Virus record (IMG/VR): IMGVR_UViG_3300032007_000060
Coordinates: 1-64,000 of that record
Length of the DNA: 64,000 nucleotides
Direction: 5' to 3' (one strand)
DNA from: a virus
Taxonomy: Duplodnaviria; Caudoviricetes
Part shown: positions 33,101-44,196 of the stretch, piece by piece
Layout of the letters: each line of letters opens with the position of its first letter
Position numbering within the stretch: the first letter of the stretch is position 1
Made by a program: the position numbers and the translations under genes
The notes under the pieces: generated by a model
What the model was told of the DNA's origin: nothing
The model's input: the letters and a program-made list of their open reading frames with translations, nothing else
Databases searched by the model: none

Positions 33101-35391
33101 AAAAAAGTCATAATCCTTGATTAAAACTTCTTTAATAGCTTTGAGTAAATCATCATCGATTGCATATTCCCATATGCTTTTAACTCCATCAACAGTATCC
33201 ATAACTTCATGGTTTTGGCTTGTTGACCTGATTAAGTCACGTCTTATTCTATAACATAGCTCATCAAATTCGTCTTCTGTGATTTTTGTTTTGTGTCCGA
33301 GCAGGTGTCTTCTGTTTTCATAGAAATCACCACTCCACAAACAATAAATGAACATTTTCAATCACCTCAAAAAGCAGAAGATTATTTAGCTTCCTCCAAT
33401 AATTCTTCAAAAATGTTTTCCCTGGGTTTAACTGGTTGCCAGTTTAATCTTTCGTGGAGAATTCTGATTTCATTATTTTTCTTTTCAATGGTTTCATCCA
33501 TTAGAGATACTCTTTTATGTAACGCTTTGTTATCTCGTTTAAGCTCACGATTTTCTTTTTCGAGTTCCCTATTTTCAACTACAATCTCTTCTTTTTTAAT
33601 ATTAAGTTGTTTATTTTTTGAAATGTTTAATTTAGCAATTTCCTCTTGAAGTTTTGATTGCTCATTATGATGTTTTAATTGCAATACTGAAATCTCATGG
33701 TCTTTATCTTTAATCACTTTATTTAATGACTTAATTTGACCATTCTTCTTGTTGATAGTATTGTTCATTTTTTGGATTGTTTTGTCTTGTCGGTTTACTG
33801 TAAATTTCAATGAAGAAATTTCATTTTCTAAAGGAGATATGTCTTGTTTAGGATTAAACTCTGCAGAATTCATATATTCAAAGCATTTATCAATTTCCTT
33901 GTTAATACCTTGTAATGTAAGTTTTGCAGTGACATAACTAGCAGTAGCTTCCTTTTTCCTTTGTTCTAACTCTTTTAATCGGTCATCAAAATACCCTTGT
34001 TGCATCATATTATTCCTCTTGATATTCTTTTGATTCAGAAAATTTGTCATAAGCTTTATGTAACCTTTCGAAATATTTTTCAGTATATGAATAATCCACA
34101 TTATTTTCAATTAAAACAATTACTTGAGATGCAATCTCACAACACTCTTCAATATCCCTTGCATCAATTTCTAATTGTATCACAGAACTTTTCCAAAAGA
34201 TACACCTAACATAAGGATAACCATGGTTACATTCCTCCACAGTAATATCATAATCCCATTCAGGATGTTTTTGTTGAAATTTTTCTTCAATCATTTTTAA
34301 AATCCTCCTTTTTAAAAAAAATAATGAAGAAATTTTATAATTTCTCCAATTCATCAACAAAATAATCCACAAAATCAAATAACTCCTTTTTTAAATCTTC
34401 AATAGACTTGTTATCCAATTTTGGAATTTCACAAATTTCATGAGGCAATCTTATTTTAGGTTTACGAGTTAAACTTAATCTCACATAATTACCCCATTTA
34501 TCATATGCCCTGATAGTATTCCTTGCCACTTTCATTGCAGATTCAACATCAATAAAAGTTCTACCTAAATCTGCAATCACTCCATTATCATTAATAGGAA
34601 CATAAATCCCTTTTTCAGATTTAATACATCTAACTTCTGCAGTAACTTTTCCATCTTTAGAAGTAAATTTCATTTCAGTGTCCACTTCATTAGATTCATT
34701 TATTTTAAAATATTTTTCTGCATCTGCAATATTTAAAATAAAATACTCATTTTCAAAAGCTTTTTCAAATTCTTCTTGAGTATCATACTGCCCTTTGAAA
34801 AAAGATTTTTTATATCCTTTGTGAGATATTTCAATTCTAAATTTTCCGTTTTTTTCTTCTAAACCATATAATCTGAATCCATTAATATATTCAGTAATGG
34901 TTTTTCTTTTACTGTCAGTCCTTACAGATTTATAATTAAATTCCATTTTTTTCACCTCAATTTGTATAATGTTTAGACTTCTCTAAACTAAATTAAAATC
35001 CTCCTTTTTTTGTTTTTAACTCATGTAAATCCCTATAAGATTTACTAATACTCTTCTTAATCACCGCTCTTCTAACCCTATTCTCCTTAGGATTAAAACC
35101 AACATAAAACTCCGAATAATCCTTATCTGGAAACTCCTTCTTTAACTCCATTGCATCATCATAAATCCTTTCCAACTTATTCACATAATCACGCTCCCAC
35201 CTGATTTTACCTTTCAAATATTGGAAATCTTCATTTAACACACAATGATCCGGATGTGTGCAGAGGTCATGACCACTTCCAGGACAATAATAACAAGTGA
35301 ACTCATCAACATGTTTATTGTGAATCCTATCCCATTTGCTCTGGGAAATTTCCTTGTTAATTTTTTTGTAGTCAATCATGCTGCATACCAT
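30182..35391 (-). other. Run of hypothetical early genes, including coiled-coil protein 33382-34110 and membrane-tailed 32539-33075
   Basis: Packed co-oriented ORFs from the track with no recognisable catalytic motifs. Confidence 0.55.
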
Positions 35392-35404
35392 CCTAAAAAA
35401 AATT

Positions 35405-35885
35405 TCATTGCCAGTTCATTGCCAAAAAAATTTGGCAATAAGAATCTCTCTTTAAATTGTTTAGTTTTGCAAAATAAGCCCAATGAAACCTTGTTTAAAA
35501 ATTGGTAATTTTTCATTGCCAAAATGAATTTTTCATTGCCAAAATAAAACCAAGACTTCACAAGACATTACAAGCCAAACCAAACATTCACAAAGCTTAT
35601 TCAAATTTTGATTGCCACATTGCCAAAAACATGTACATGAAATAAAAGAAGTTAATTCAAATTCATTAGCTTCCAAAATTCAATGACATTTTGGCAATGA
35701 AAAAAATATCAAAAATTGAATAAACTCATATCACTCCCCTTTCACAAAATAAACCATTTTCCATGCTTTTCTTTATTGCCATTTTTAATTGGCAATGAAA
35801 AACAGGTTTTGGCAATTTGGCAATGAAACAAAAAAACCATGAAAACAATACTAAAATTCATCATAAACCCCTCGTTTATTGCCAC
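35405..35885. repeat. Iteron-like cluster: 13 copies of ATTGCC/GGCAAT (consensus TTCATTGCCAAAA) in both orientations; putative replication origin
   Basis: Copies at 35407, 35418, 35434, 35515, 35535, 35611, 35619, 35693, 35775, 35791, 35811, 35819, 35878; immediately downstream of the helicase gene. Confidence 0.75.
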
Positions 35886-35893
35886 TACCAAAA

Positions 35894-37642
35894 CTACTCC
35901 TTATCATAATCCAACCAAAAAGGTTTAAGAACATCATCACTCTGATTTAAAATACTACACTCCTCATCAACAATAACATCATTTAAAACAATATAATCCA
36001 CAATATCAGATGGATATTCATACTCTAAACGACGCTTACCAGCATCAGATAAAACCAGCATCTCATTCTGATGAACCTCATCAACATGTTCCACCAGAGC
36101 ATACATGTTACTCTTACCATGTTTACCAACAACTTTCAAAAAACCTTCCTGATTTAACTCAGTGAAATAACGATACAATGATCTCTTGGCAATATTGACA
36201 TTACCCTCTTCAATATAATCATTAATAGTAAATCCAAAATCTTCACCAGAATCAAACTTATAACTTGAATCTGCTTGATAAATCCATTCATGACTATTTT
36301 CAACAATATCATCAAGTAATTCAGCTGCTTTCTTAGATAAATTCCTTGTAATACTAGCCATATACGGCCTAAGTAATGTAACAAAGTACTGTAAATCTTC
36401 AGGACTAGTGAAAATAACTTTTTCACCATTAATCTCATGAACTTCACGATTAGTACTATTAAAAGCAGTAATAACTTTCAATATCCCATTATACTTATCA
36501 TAATCCCTTTTATAATATTCAGATGCGCCAATCAAATTCAATATAGCATCAGAATAAGGATTAACAATATTAATATCACTAAATTTATATCTTAAACCAA
36601 GAACCATTTTTTGAATATCTGTTTTAAAACTAAGCATAGATTGATATATTTGTTCTGTTTTACCCCCTTTTAACTCCAAATAAGATTTACGAGCATTAAA
36701 CACTGCTCTATTATCAGTTCTAGGTGTGAAAATAAAACTACGAGATAACTCCTGACTATCAAAGTTATAATTTGGAACAGTAGTGTAAGTTAAACAAGGA
36801 AAACCTTTCAATATTAGATCAACAACTTGGAATTCCCCATCCACTTTTATTGTAATAGGCCTTGCCAAGTAACCGTCAGTCTGTAACTCTTTCAGAAGAT
36901 TTTTTGTATCTTCAACCTCATCCTGGTCACTATTACCTCCAAGGTCCCCATATACTACAATTTTACCATCATAATATCTTTGATTTTCTTCAGCACGACG
37001 GAACATAGAAGCCATAGTAGGTTTCTTCTCATATCTAATGAAATCTTCAGGAATCATAGATAAAGCTACATTCTCAATATGAGTTTTCCCACTACTACCA
37101 TCACCTAAACCAATAACACTAATCGGATTTTTTAGGATAACTTGACTACAATAACATAAGAAAGTAATCATGATATTAGTTCTTTCACCAGCAGTATACC
37201 AGTCAACTAATGACGCTGTATAAATCAAAGGCCTATATTGCTTATTGAAGATTTCTAAACCTTCCTCATAAGCTTGTTTGTTCTGAGCTAACTCTTCTTG
37301 TTCATTCTGTTTTTGAGTTTCAATTTCAACTTCAACATATTCATCAACAAAACTGTTCATTGCAACTTTCAGATCATCAAACAATTTGGTGACACCCAAT
37401 TTGTTTAATGTTCCATCAGGGTTTAAGTGTTTCTTGATTTCAACTCCAACAGTTGACCTTTCAGTTATGCTTAATGGTGTTTCACCTTTTAATTCATTGA
37501 TTAACTTCTTATCCTCATTAAAAAAGTCATATATACATCCTTTCTTAAAAGGAACTGGTTTAACTGTAAAACCATCAGCTAATTTAATCCCATAGTCAAG
37601 ACTCCATAATGATTCAACTTCAGGTGCAGCTCCTAATCCCAT
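35894..37642 (-). CDS. AAA+ replicative helicase-like ATPase with C-terminal winged helix
   Basis: Walker A GDGSSGKT, Walker B-like VVYGDLG, ELSRSF arginine finger-like motif, C-terminal SLYRYFTELNQEGFL wHTH. Confidence 0.72.
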   Translation of the reverse strand: MGLGAAPEVESLWSLDYGIKLADGFTVKPVPFKKGCIYDFFNEDKKLINELKGETPLSITERSTVGVEIKKHLNPDGTLNKLGVTKLFDDLKVAMNSFVDEYVEVEIETQKQNEQEELAQNKQAYEEGLEIFNKQYRPLIYTASLVDWYTAGERTNIMITFLCYCSQVILKNPISVIGLGDGSSGKTHIENVALSMIPEDFIRYEKKPTMASMFRRAEENQRYYDGKIVVYGDLGGNSDQDEVEDTKNLLKELQTDGYLARPITIKVDGEFQVVDLILKGFPCLTYTTVPNYNFDSQELSRSFIFTPRTDNRAVFNARKSYLELKGGKTEQIYQSMLSFKTDIQKMVLGLRYKFSDINIVNPYSDAILNLIGASEYYKRDYDKYNGILKVITAFNSTNREVHEINGEKVIFTSPEDLQYFVTLLRPYMASITRNLSKKAAELLDDIVENSHEWIYQADSSYKFDSGEDFGFTINDYIEEGNVNIAKRSLYRYFTELNQEGFLKVVGKHGKSNMYALVEHVDEVHQNEMLVLSDAGKRRLEYEYPSDIVDYIVLNDVIVDEECSILNQSDDVLKPFWLDYDKE

Positions 37643-37691
37643 AGTTTTTCACCCCCTGGTCCAGTTGATAAAAAATGTTAATCACCAACAT

Positions 37692-38252
37692 TTATTGAAT
37701 GCTGGTGATTTTGAAAGTAGGATACTCACTATCAGGAACCTCAACCTGTTCAACACTAACCCTTTTACCTTCAATGAATTCTGCAACATTTTTCAAGTTA
37801 ATTTTCTTAATAATGTTAATTTCATTACCAGTTTTAGGGTCGATGAGACTTTTAGGGTCAACAATCATCATAATGCCGGTTACAAAATTCCAGCAGTTAC
37901 GGTGGAAGTCAAATCTTTCATTTGGTTTTTGAATACGTGTGCAAATACCATTGTCTGAAAATTTAGGACAGTTTAAGTAAATGTCTAAGAATTCTCCAAC
38001 TTCCACTTCATCATCAACCATTTTTGGTTCAACATGTTCATCAATTAAACGTACTCTGATTTGACTGTATTTTTTGACTACCTCTTTTCCATTGTTGTCT
38101 GTTTTAGTGACTACTGGGAAAAATTCAATATCTGCTTCACCGCTGAATGATTGTCCTTCTACCATATCAGAGAGGTAGTATCTTTTGTAGTCTTCTAAGT
38201 CATTTTCTTCTGTTCCTGTTTCCATTCCAAACATTTTGTTTAAGTCTGTCAT
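37692..38252 (-). CDS. Hypothetical protein, possible ssDNA-binding protein
   Basis: Beta-rich with aromatic residues; sits between the annealing protein and the helicase (context inference). Confidence 0.4.
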   Translation of the reverse strand: MTDLNKMFGMETGTEENDLEDYKRYYLSDMVEGQSFSGEADIEFFPVVTKTDNNGKEVVKKYSQIRVRLIDEHVEPKMVDDEVEVGEFLDIYLNCPKFSDNGICTRIQKPNERFDFHRNCWNFVTGIMMIVDPKSLIDPKTGNEINIIKKINLKNVAEFIEGKRVSVEQVEVPDSEYPTFKITSIQ

Positions 38253-38285
38253 TTTAAATCATCTCATTTTTTATTTAATTTTTTT

Positions 38286-39044
38286 TTAATTTGTCATACT
38301 TTCAGGCATTTCTTCATAAGGAGTACTGGAATAGCCTGCTAATTCCATAATCCATGCTAATGATAATCTGAAGGCTTTACCAGTTGCTCTGGTAATTGCC
38401 ATACTGTATACAGCATGTTCTTCTTTCTGTCTACCGGCTGAAGTTGCAATAGCTTCACCTTCACCAACTTTATTTCCACGTCCATCAACTAATTCAACTT
38501 TGGCTTTGTAACCGTAACGTGATTTAGTTGGGAATGGTTCCACGCTAATGATATCTACTCTGATACCAATCATTGTACCAAGTGTACTCCAACCTGATAC
38601 AGTAACGTAATTATTGTCACCAATGCGTTGAATCAAATGTTGTGATTCAAGTACTGATTTTAATGCATCTGCTACACGTGTAGCAATAACTACACGGTCT
38701 GCAACACTAATCATAGGATTTAAAACATCCGCATCAATCAGTTGATTTTTCCTTTCTGGGACTTGGATCAACTCACCCTGTTCATCAAGGTTGTTTTTAA
38801 CATGTTCTTCAATACTGTCATCAAGAACAGCATCAAATATTTCCTCATCAGACGGGTCATGTTCTGTGATTACTTCAACTTTTGCCCCACCAGTCTCACT
38901 AAAATCAATTGTGTCTTTATGCAATTGTTTTTCCTCTTTAACTTCTTCGACAATGATTTCATTGTCAGATTTTTCATCTACAGTAAAATCACCCATTTCT
39001 TCAAGGGTGTTTTGTACAGTTGTTGGTTCTTCTCCCATACCCAT
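38286..39044 (-). CDS. Single-strand annealing recombinase (Rad52/Sak-like)
   Basis: YVTVSGW, YKAKVELVD, GEGEA, SMAITRATGKAFRL..LAGYSSTPYEEM. Confidence 0.65.
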   Translation of the reverse strand: MGMGEEPTTVQNTLEEMGDFTVDEKSDNEIIVEEVKEEKQLHKDTIDFSETGGAKVEVITEHDPSDEEIFDAVLDDSIEEHVKNNLDEQGELIQVPERKNQLIDADVLNPMISVADRVVIATRVADALKSVLESQHLIQRIGDNNYVTVSGWSTLGTMIGIRVDIISVEPFPTKSRYGYKAKVELVDGRGNKVGEGEAIATSAGRQKEEHAVYSMAITRATGKAFRLSLAWIMELAGYSSTPYEEMPESMTN

Positions 39045-39047
39045 GAT

Positions 39048-39413
39048 TTATTCCTCCATTAAAATTTCTTCCTCTTCACGAATCAAAGGAGTTTCAGACT
39101 CCAAAATTTGATAACAATAAAATTCTAATACGATTCCTTGCGGTAACTCTTCCACATCATCTGCTAATCTCATTTTACCTTTGAGATGAGCTACAAGCAA
39201 TACATCATTTGGTCTTAAACTAATATGCTCAGGATTATAATCAACTCCAAGAATCTTTGCAAGATTCTCTTGATTGATGCAGGAATGAGCGTCATAACAT
39301 AAGAATTTAAATTCTTCTTCAGTTAATTGATGACAACGCATATCCCAATCCTTAATTGATACCATATTAGGAGACCATGAAGTTCCTATAAATTTCATAA
39401 AAAAATTCACCAT
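39048..39413 (-). CDS. DUF1874 / AcrIII-1-like protein, apparently lacking canonical catalytic residues
   Basis: SWSPNM, EEEFK, SCINQ..LAKILG, YNPEHISLRPNDVLLV, RL pattern parallels the STIV B116/SIRV1 gp29 family. Confidence 0.55.
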   Translation of the reverse strand: MVNFFMKFIGTSWSPNMVSIKDWDMRCHQLTEEEFKFLCYDAHSCINQENLAKILGVDYNPEHISLRPNDVLLVAHLKGKMRLADDVEELPQGIVLEFYCYQILESETPLIREEEEILMEE

Positions 39414-41945
39414 CCTATAACTTGATCCATAACAAGTTTCTCTTCACCTTTGAGATTAGCAGTTTTTGCTGCTAATCTTTCATCAAAGGTTAACCCATCT
39501 ACTGGGTTTCCGTTTTCATCGAGTTCCTGGTTACTGTCCCAGCAACTGATAATCAGTTCAGTCATGTCATCGCATGCCTTTTTAAATTTGTCACTCATAT
39601 TAATCACTCAATTAAAATCATATTATCTTGTCCATATGATTATAGACAAGACCACTGTCCACAGCTGAAGGGCCAATGCTGACTATGGCCACTACAAGTA
39701 CAATAATGAATAATCCTAAAAAGAATAATCCTAAAAAAATGTAGGAATATTTCTTTAAAGTACAATTCAGTTTCTTAAGATGATCTTCACGTGTTGGTTT
39801 TTTCCTGAGGTCATGAACTGGTTGTACAGTTCTTGCACCTACAAGTAACACAATTAACATTTGGATAAATTGGAATATTGGGTTCATACTTCCACCTCTT
39901 TACAGTAATCCATCATTACAAGATGACCGGATACAGATTTGCATAATGCAAAATCCCCATTACCTGCATTGTTGCAGAAATTATTCTGTTTTTTTGCAGC
40001 TTCAATTCCTCTGTCTGTTTTCACACAGACAAAGGATTTTTCTGTTCTGACAATTGGTAACCATTTCATATTACCACCATACCTGTGGATTTGACCTTAT
40101 AATTTCAAGGTTTTCCTCAAAATTAGTCATGTCATCTAAGAGACTAGGACATAAAAGTACGGATTCTGTTAAAGATGTTGTTGATACGCTGTATCTTTGT
40201 AAGAATTCAATTTGATTCTTATCATTACCCATTCCACGTAAAAATTCGTATACTTTAACTTTGGCTTCATGTCTTGGTAGTTCTCCATCACGGATTGCTT
40301 CAAGTCTGTCGACTTCCCATGTGAGTTTGCTGATTTTTTCTTCCAATCGGAAGAATTCATCTTTAATGTCAGCAATTCGTGGGTCATCGAAGTTGACTTG
40401 ATCCATTATCCATCTTGGGTAACTGCTGATTGTATCTTGGACTCTGTATCCTATTTCTGCAGCTAAGTTATCTCTTTTGAGATTTAATGCTTTGAGAGTG
40501 GAACGTTTTTGTTCTAACTCTGAAACTTTACGGATACTTGCGGTTTCCATTTCAAAAATAGTGTTGAGGGATGACATTTTTAGTCATCCTCCAGGTAACT
40601 GCCCATTGCATTTACAAGTTCGTTTTCATATTTTTCACTTGCTGATTCTGCTGCTAAGAATTCACGTAGTTCCTTGTCGATTGGTTCCATGGTGTAGCCA
40701 AGGAAATGTACATTGTCGTCAAAGAGTTTTGTGACTTTCATGCCTGCGAGTTCTGCTAACATTGCCATGAAGTTTTCAGTATCGGCTTCAGCATCGTCAG
40801 GTTTTTCCGCTACGCATAATCTGGAGAAACCAGCATATGAATCTTCAATGTCGATTGGTGCATTGCTTACTTTTCTTGCTTCTTTGATTGCGTCTGGTAT
40901 TTCGTATGCTGCACCGATGGTTTGATCTTGTTCATCAACAACATGGAATTTGCTATCGTTTTGGAATTTTAAAAAGAGTTTGGAGGACATTTATTGTTCC
41001 TCCTTAAAGTAAGTGGTTCTGCCAAGTGTTGTTACAGGTTGAATTCCTGGGATAATTGTTAATCCCATTTGTTCTGCTAAATGACACATTCCATTAAGAC
41101 AGGTGTCCCAGTCAATTTCAATAGTTCCAGTTACAACATTGTCTTCACCAACAATAAATCCGATTTGTTTGTTAAATTTGAACATATTGGTTGGTTTGAA
41201 TTTGTTGCAAACTCTGTATACTATGAAGTCTGCTCCTTTAATGTTAACATCAAAGGAACGAATAGTGCCGTCTTCGTTAAAATTAGTACCTGTTACTTGG
41301 TAGTCTTCAGGGTGGTAATTCATGTTTAAGCACCACCTAATAAAGATTTAGCTAATGCATGTCCTGCTTCTTCTTGAGCTTCAGGAGATAAGTCCCAAAG
41401 TGTTACGTTTTGTAACTTTTTAGTTAAAGCAAGGTTTTTAGCTTTGAATCTACGGTTTTCTTCTTTTAGTTCTTCAAAAATAGATTTACATTCATCATAT
41501 TTGATTGCTTTATCAAATAGGTGGAGTAATCTTTCTTCGTCTCCGATGGCTTTGCCATCTATATATAATTTCTGATTTTTTATTTCTAACAATTTTATCA
41601 CCTTGTGAATATTCAAGGCGAGTAAAAACGGTTTTTTTATTGAGATAATTTTTCTTTTAATTCAGCAATTTCCTTTTTAAGTTTAATGTTTTCTTCAACA
41701 ATTGAATCAAAAGAAGTAATATCTCTGTTCAGATTGTGTCTAAATCTACTTTCCCTATGGAATCTATTAGCATTAACCTCAGATTGAAGTTGTCTGTTCT
41801 TTCCAGATAATCTATAAATAGAATGTTGTAAATCTTCAATATGTTGATTTAAAAGAGACACTTCATGTTTTAATGCTGCATTATCGTCGCATAGTTTAAT
41901 GAAAGATTCTGTATCAATTTGAACATATTTAGTATCTTTGACCAT
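39407..41945 (-). other. Earliest leftward genes: small hypothetical proteins, one membrane protein (39618-39887) and coiled coils
   Basis: Packed ORFs downstream of the divergent promoter at about 42.0 kb. Confidence 0.55.
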
Positions 41946-42092
41946 TTTATACTTCCTTGTAGGTTTTCAAGAATTTCAATCGTACTGGGAATACGAATGC
42001 AATTCTAATAATAGATTAGATTTAATAGTATATAAATGTAACTACTGTAACTATCATAACTATTATAACTATGAAAGAACAAATAGTATACT
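41946..42092. promoter_or_regulatory. Divergent promoter/operator with four 9-bp-periodic TAACTA repeats
   Basis: TAACTA at 42039, 42048, 42057, 42066 next to TATATAAA (42029-42036). Confidence 0.6.
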
Positions 42093-42266
42093 ATGAAATA
42101 TACTAGTAAAGTTAATTATGCCAACAAGAATAACACTACTCTTAAAGCAGTCATTCCCGCCGAGATTGCAGAAACATTAGGGTTATCTGCAAATGATACT
42201 ATAAAATGGATTGTAAAAAAAAATGAAGAAAATCCAATAGTAATTATTGAAAAATTAATATTGTAA
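42093..42266 (+). CDS. AbrB/MazE/SpoVT-family DNA-binding protein (57 aa, missed by the track)
   Basis: Manual translation MKYTSKVNYANKNNTTLKAVIPAEIAETLGLSANDTIKWIVKKNEENPIVIIEKLIL. Confidence 0.8.
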   Translation: MKYTSKVNYANKNNTTLKAVIPAEIAETLGLSANDTIKWIVKKNEENPIVIIEKLIL

Positions 42267-42305
42267 TATGATTATTCTAACACCTTTTTTAATTAATCCT
42301 TTTTG

Positions 42306-42491
42306 AAAAAACAAGTTAATTTAGTTCAGATAGCTATCGCTAACATTGTAAAACTTCGCATTCTGTCTGCGACTATTTTAAATTTTCTTATATATCTTTT
42401 GAAAGATAAACAAATATTTAAATAGTATTTGAAACATAAATATCTATTGGTTATAAGAATCATTTTATCCTTGTAGGTTAACTTGTTTTTT
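42306..42491. other. Structured non-coding element closed by a 14-bp inverted repeat
   Basis: AAAAAACAAGTTAA / TTAACTTGTTTTTT with internal hairpins (TCGCA/TGCGA, TTCTTATA/TATAAGAA, TATCTTT/AAAGATA, CAAATA/TATTTG). Confidence 0.45.
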
Positions 42492-42910
42492 AATAACCAG
42501 TGAAATAAGATATTGAGGTGCTGGGAACGCCTATGAAATATCTTTGTTTCACGAATTATGTATTTATTAAATTTATTTTTTCCAACATTTATAATTTTGT
42601 TTTACAATATATTTTCATGAAATTCTATTGTAAAATTTCACCACTGGTGAATGGTGATCTATATTCTGTGAGATGATTTCATTAGTGGTTAATAATAGAT
42701 TAGTCAAATGAATATATAAACCTTTTTATTTAATTAAAATAAACAATATTTAATAAAATTTATTATAAAATAGTTAATTGTCTACTGAAAATCGAAAAAA
42801 CACATGGCTTATAGATACAAAAAATCCATGAAAAAATAGTAAAATGTATAAAAAAAAATTTACAAAAAAAATAGTGAAAAAATAAAGAAAAGATGAAAAT
42901 AAGAAACTAA

Positions 42911-44008
42911 TCATTCCATCTTTAAATATTCATTTACAACACTTAAAATACGTTCTTTATGATTATAAATTTCAGAAACATTTTCAATATCTACCTTCTC
43001 ACCTTTCTTACCGCCGTTAGATGTAAGAGTAATTTCATCGTAGAATTCAACACGTAGATGATCTTCATTATTGAAATAAAATCTCACAATTGGATATCTT
43101 TGATTGTTGTCGTATAAGATATTGCAGTAATGTTTCCTGTCACGAATTGCTACTTTATCCGGATCAACAATTTCAGAAGCAATAGACCTGACAATGAAAT
43201 AACCTTCCTTCTCAATATCAGTAGTGATAATTCCATCTTCAGAAATAATTTCTTCTTCAGCTTCGATATTATTATTGTCTTCCTGCTCTTCCTCATTACT
43301 TGCCACAGCATTTGCTAATGTTTTGTTGACTCTTTCGTTAATGATTTCATTAATTGCAATGCTAATGATATTTCCGAATTTTTCTTTTATTCCAGGAGTT
43401 AGCTTTCCATCGTAAACTTGGCGCCCTATTGCTTTTATGAAATCATCGGTTGGATTTTCAAATTCTGACAATAAAGTTTTTTTAATTGAGTTACGATATT
43501 TAAGGTTGTCTGCTCTGGAAACAACTTCATCAATGTCAAAGTTAACTTTTTTGAATTTTTCAAGTTCTTTCATATCTTTTTTGGTTAGGTTTAACAGATC
43601 AATGTCGAGGAATGGTTTTTCATCCATTCTGTTGTTGTCTTCTCCGGTTGTGAAGAATTTGTATTCTACTCCATTTGTGAGGATTCCTATTTGGATGTCT
43701 GTTATGCTGAAGTATCTGTATAGTTGTGAGATGTTGTCTGTGGTTAGTTCATTGGATGCTGATTTGCATTCGATGAATACTAATGGTTCTCCGTCTTGGA
43801 GGATTGCAAAGTCTACTTTTTCTCCTTGTTTTGTTCCAACGTCTGCGGTGTATTCGGCTTTTACTTCTGCAGGATTTGTTGTATCATAACCCATTAATCG
43901 TAAGAATGGAGTTATTAATGCGATTTTACTTGTTTCTTCACTGTCTATGTGTTCCAGTTTGTTTGGAATTGTTTTTGAGAATTCTTTTATTTCATCTTCA
44001 AAAGTCAT
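42911..44008 (-). CDS. HsdR N-terminal (type I restriction R-like) PD-(D/E)xK nuclease domain protein
   Basis: EETSKIALITPFLRLMGYD, EKVDFAIL..FIECK, QLYRYF, GILTNGVEYKFF. Confidence 0.85.
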   Translation of the reverse strand: MTFEDEIKEFSKTIPNKLEHIDSEETSKIALITPFLRLMGYDTTNPAEVKAEYTADVGTKQGEKVDFAILQDGEPLVFIECKSASNELTTDNISQLYRYFSITDIQIGILTNGVEYKFFTTGEDNNRMDEKPFLDIDLLNLTKKDMKELEKFKKVNFDIDEVVSRADNLKYRNSIKKTLLSEFENPTDDFIKAIGRQVYDGKLTPGIKEKFGNIISIAINEIINERVNKTLANAVASNEEEQEDNNNIEAEEEIISEDGIITTDIEKEGYFIVRSIASEIVDPDKVAIRDRKHYCNILYDNNQRYPIVRFYFNNEDHLRVEFYDEITLTSNGGKKGEKVDIENVSEIYNHKERILSVVNEYLKME

Positions 44009-44196
44009 AGTTTCACTCCATGAATTTTTTTTATTGTATCAGTATGTATTATGTTTATTGTTTGTGAGTATAAATAGTTAATAGAATTTTCTATTGGATG
44101 TGATGCTGCATTGTTGTTGAATAGAATAATATTAATTATAGTATAAAAAGTATTACTCTATTTTTGAAAAAAAATAATTAGAAGAAAAAAATAACA

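Noticed and set aside
35376-35561. 61-aa ORF in the track
   Set aside because: Lies inside the iteron cluster, and its sequence is dictated by the repeats
42008-42037. TAGATTTAATAGTATATAAAT resembles the 3' part of some methanogen CRISPR repeats
   Set aside because: Single AT-rich copy that coincides with the TATA box of the divergent promoter; the resemblance is from memory and unverified
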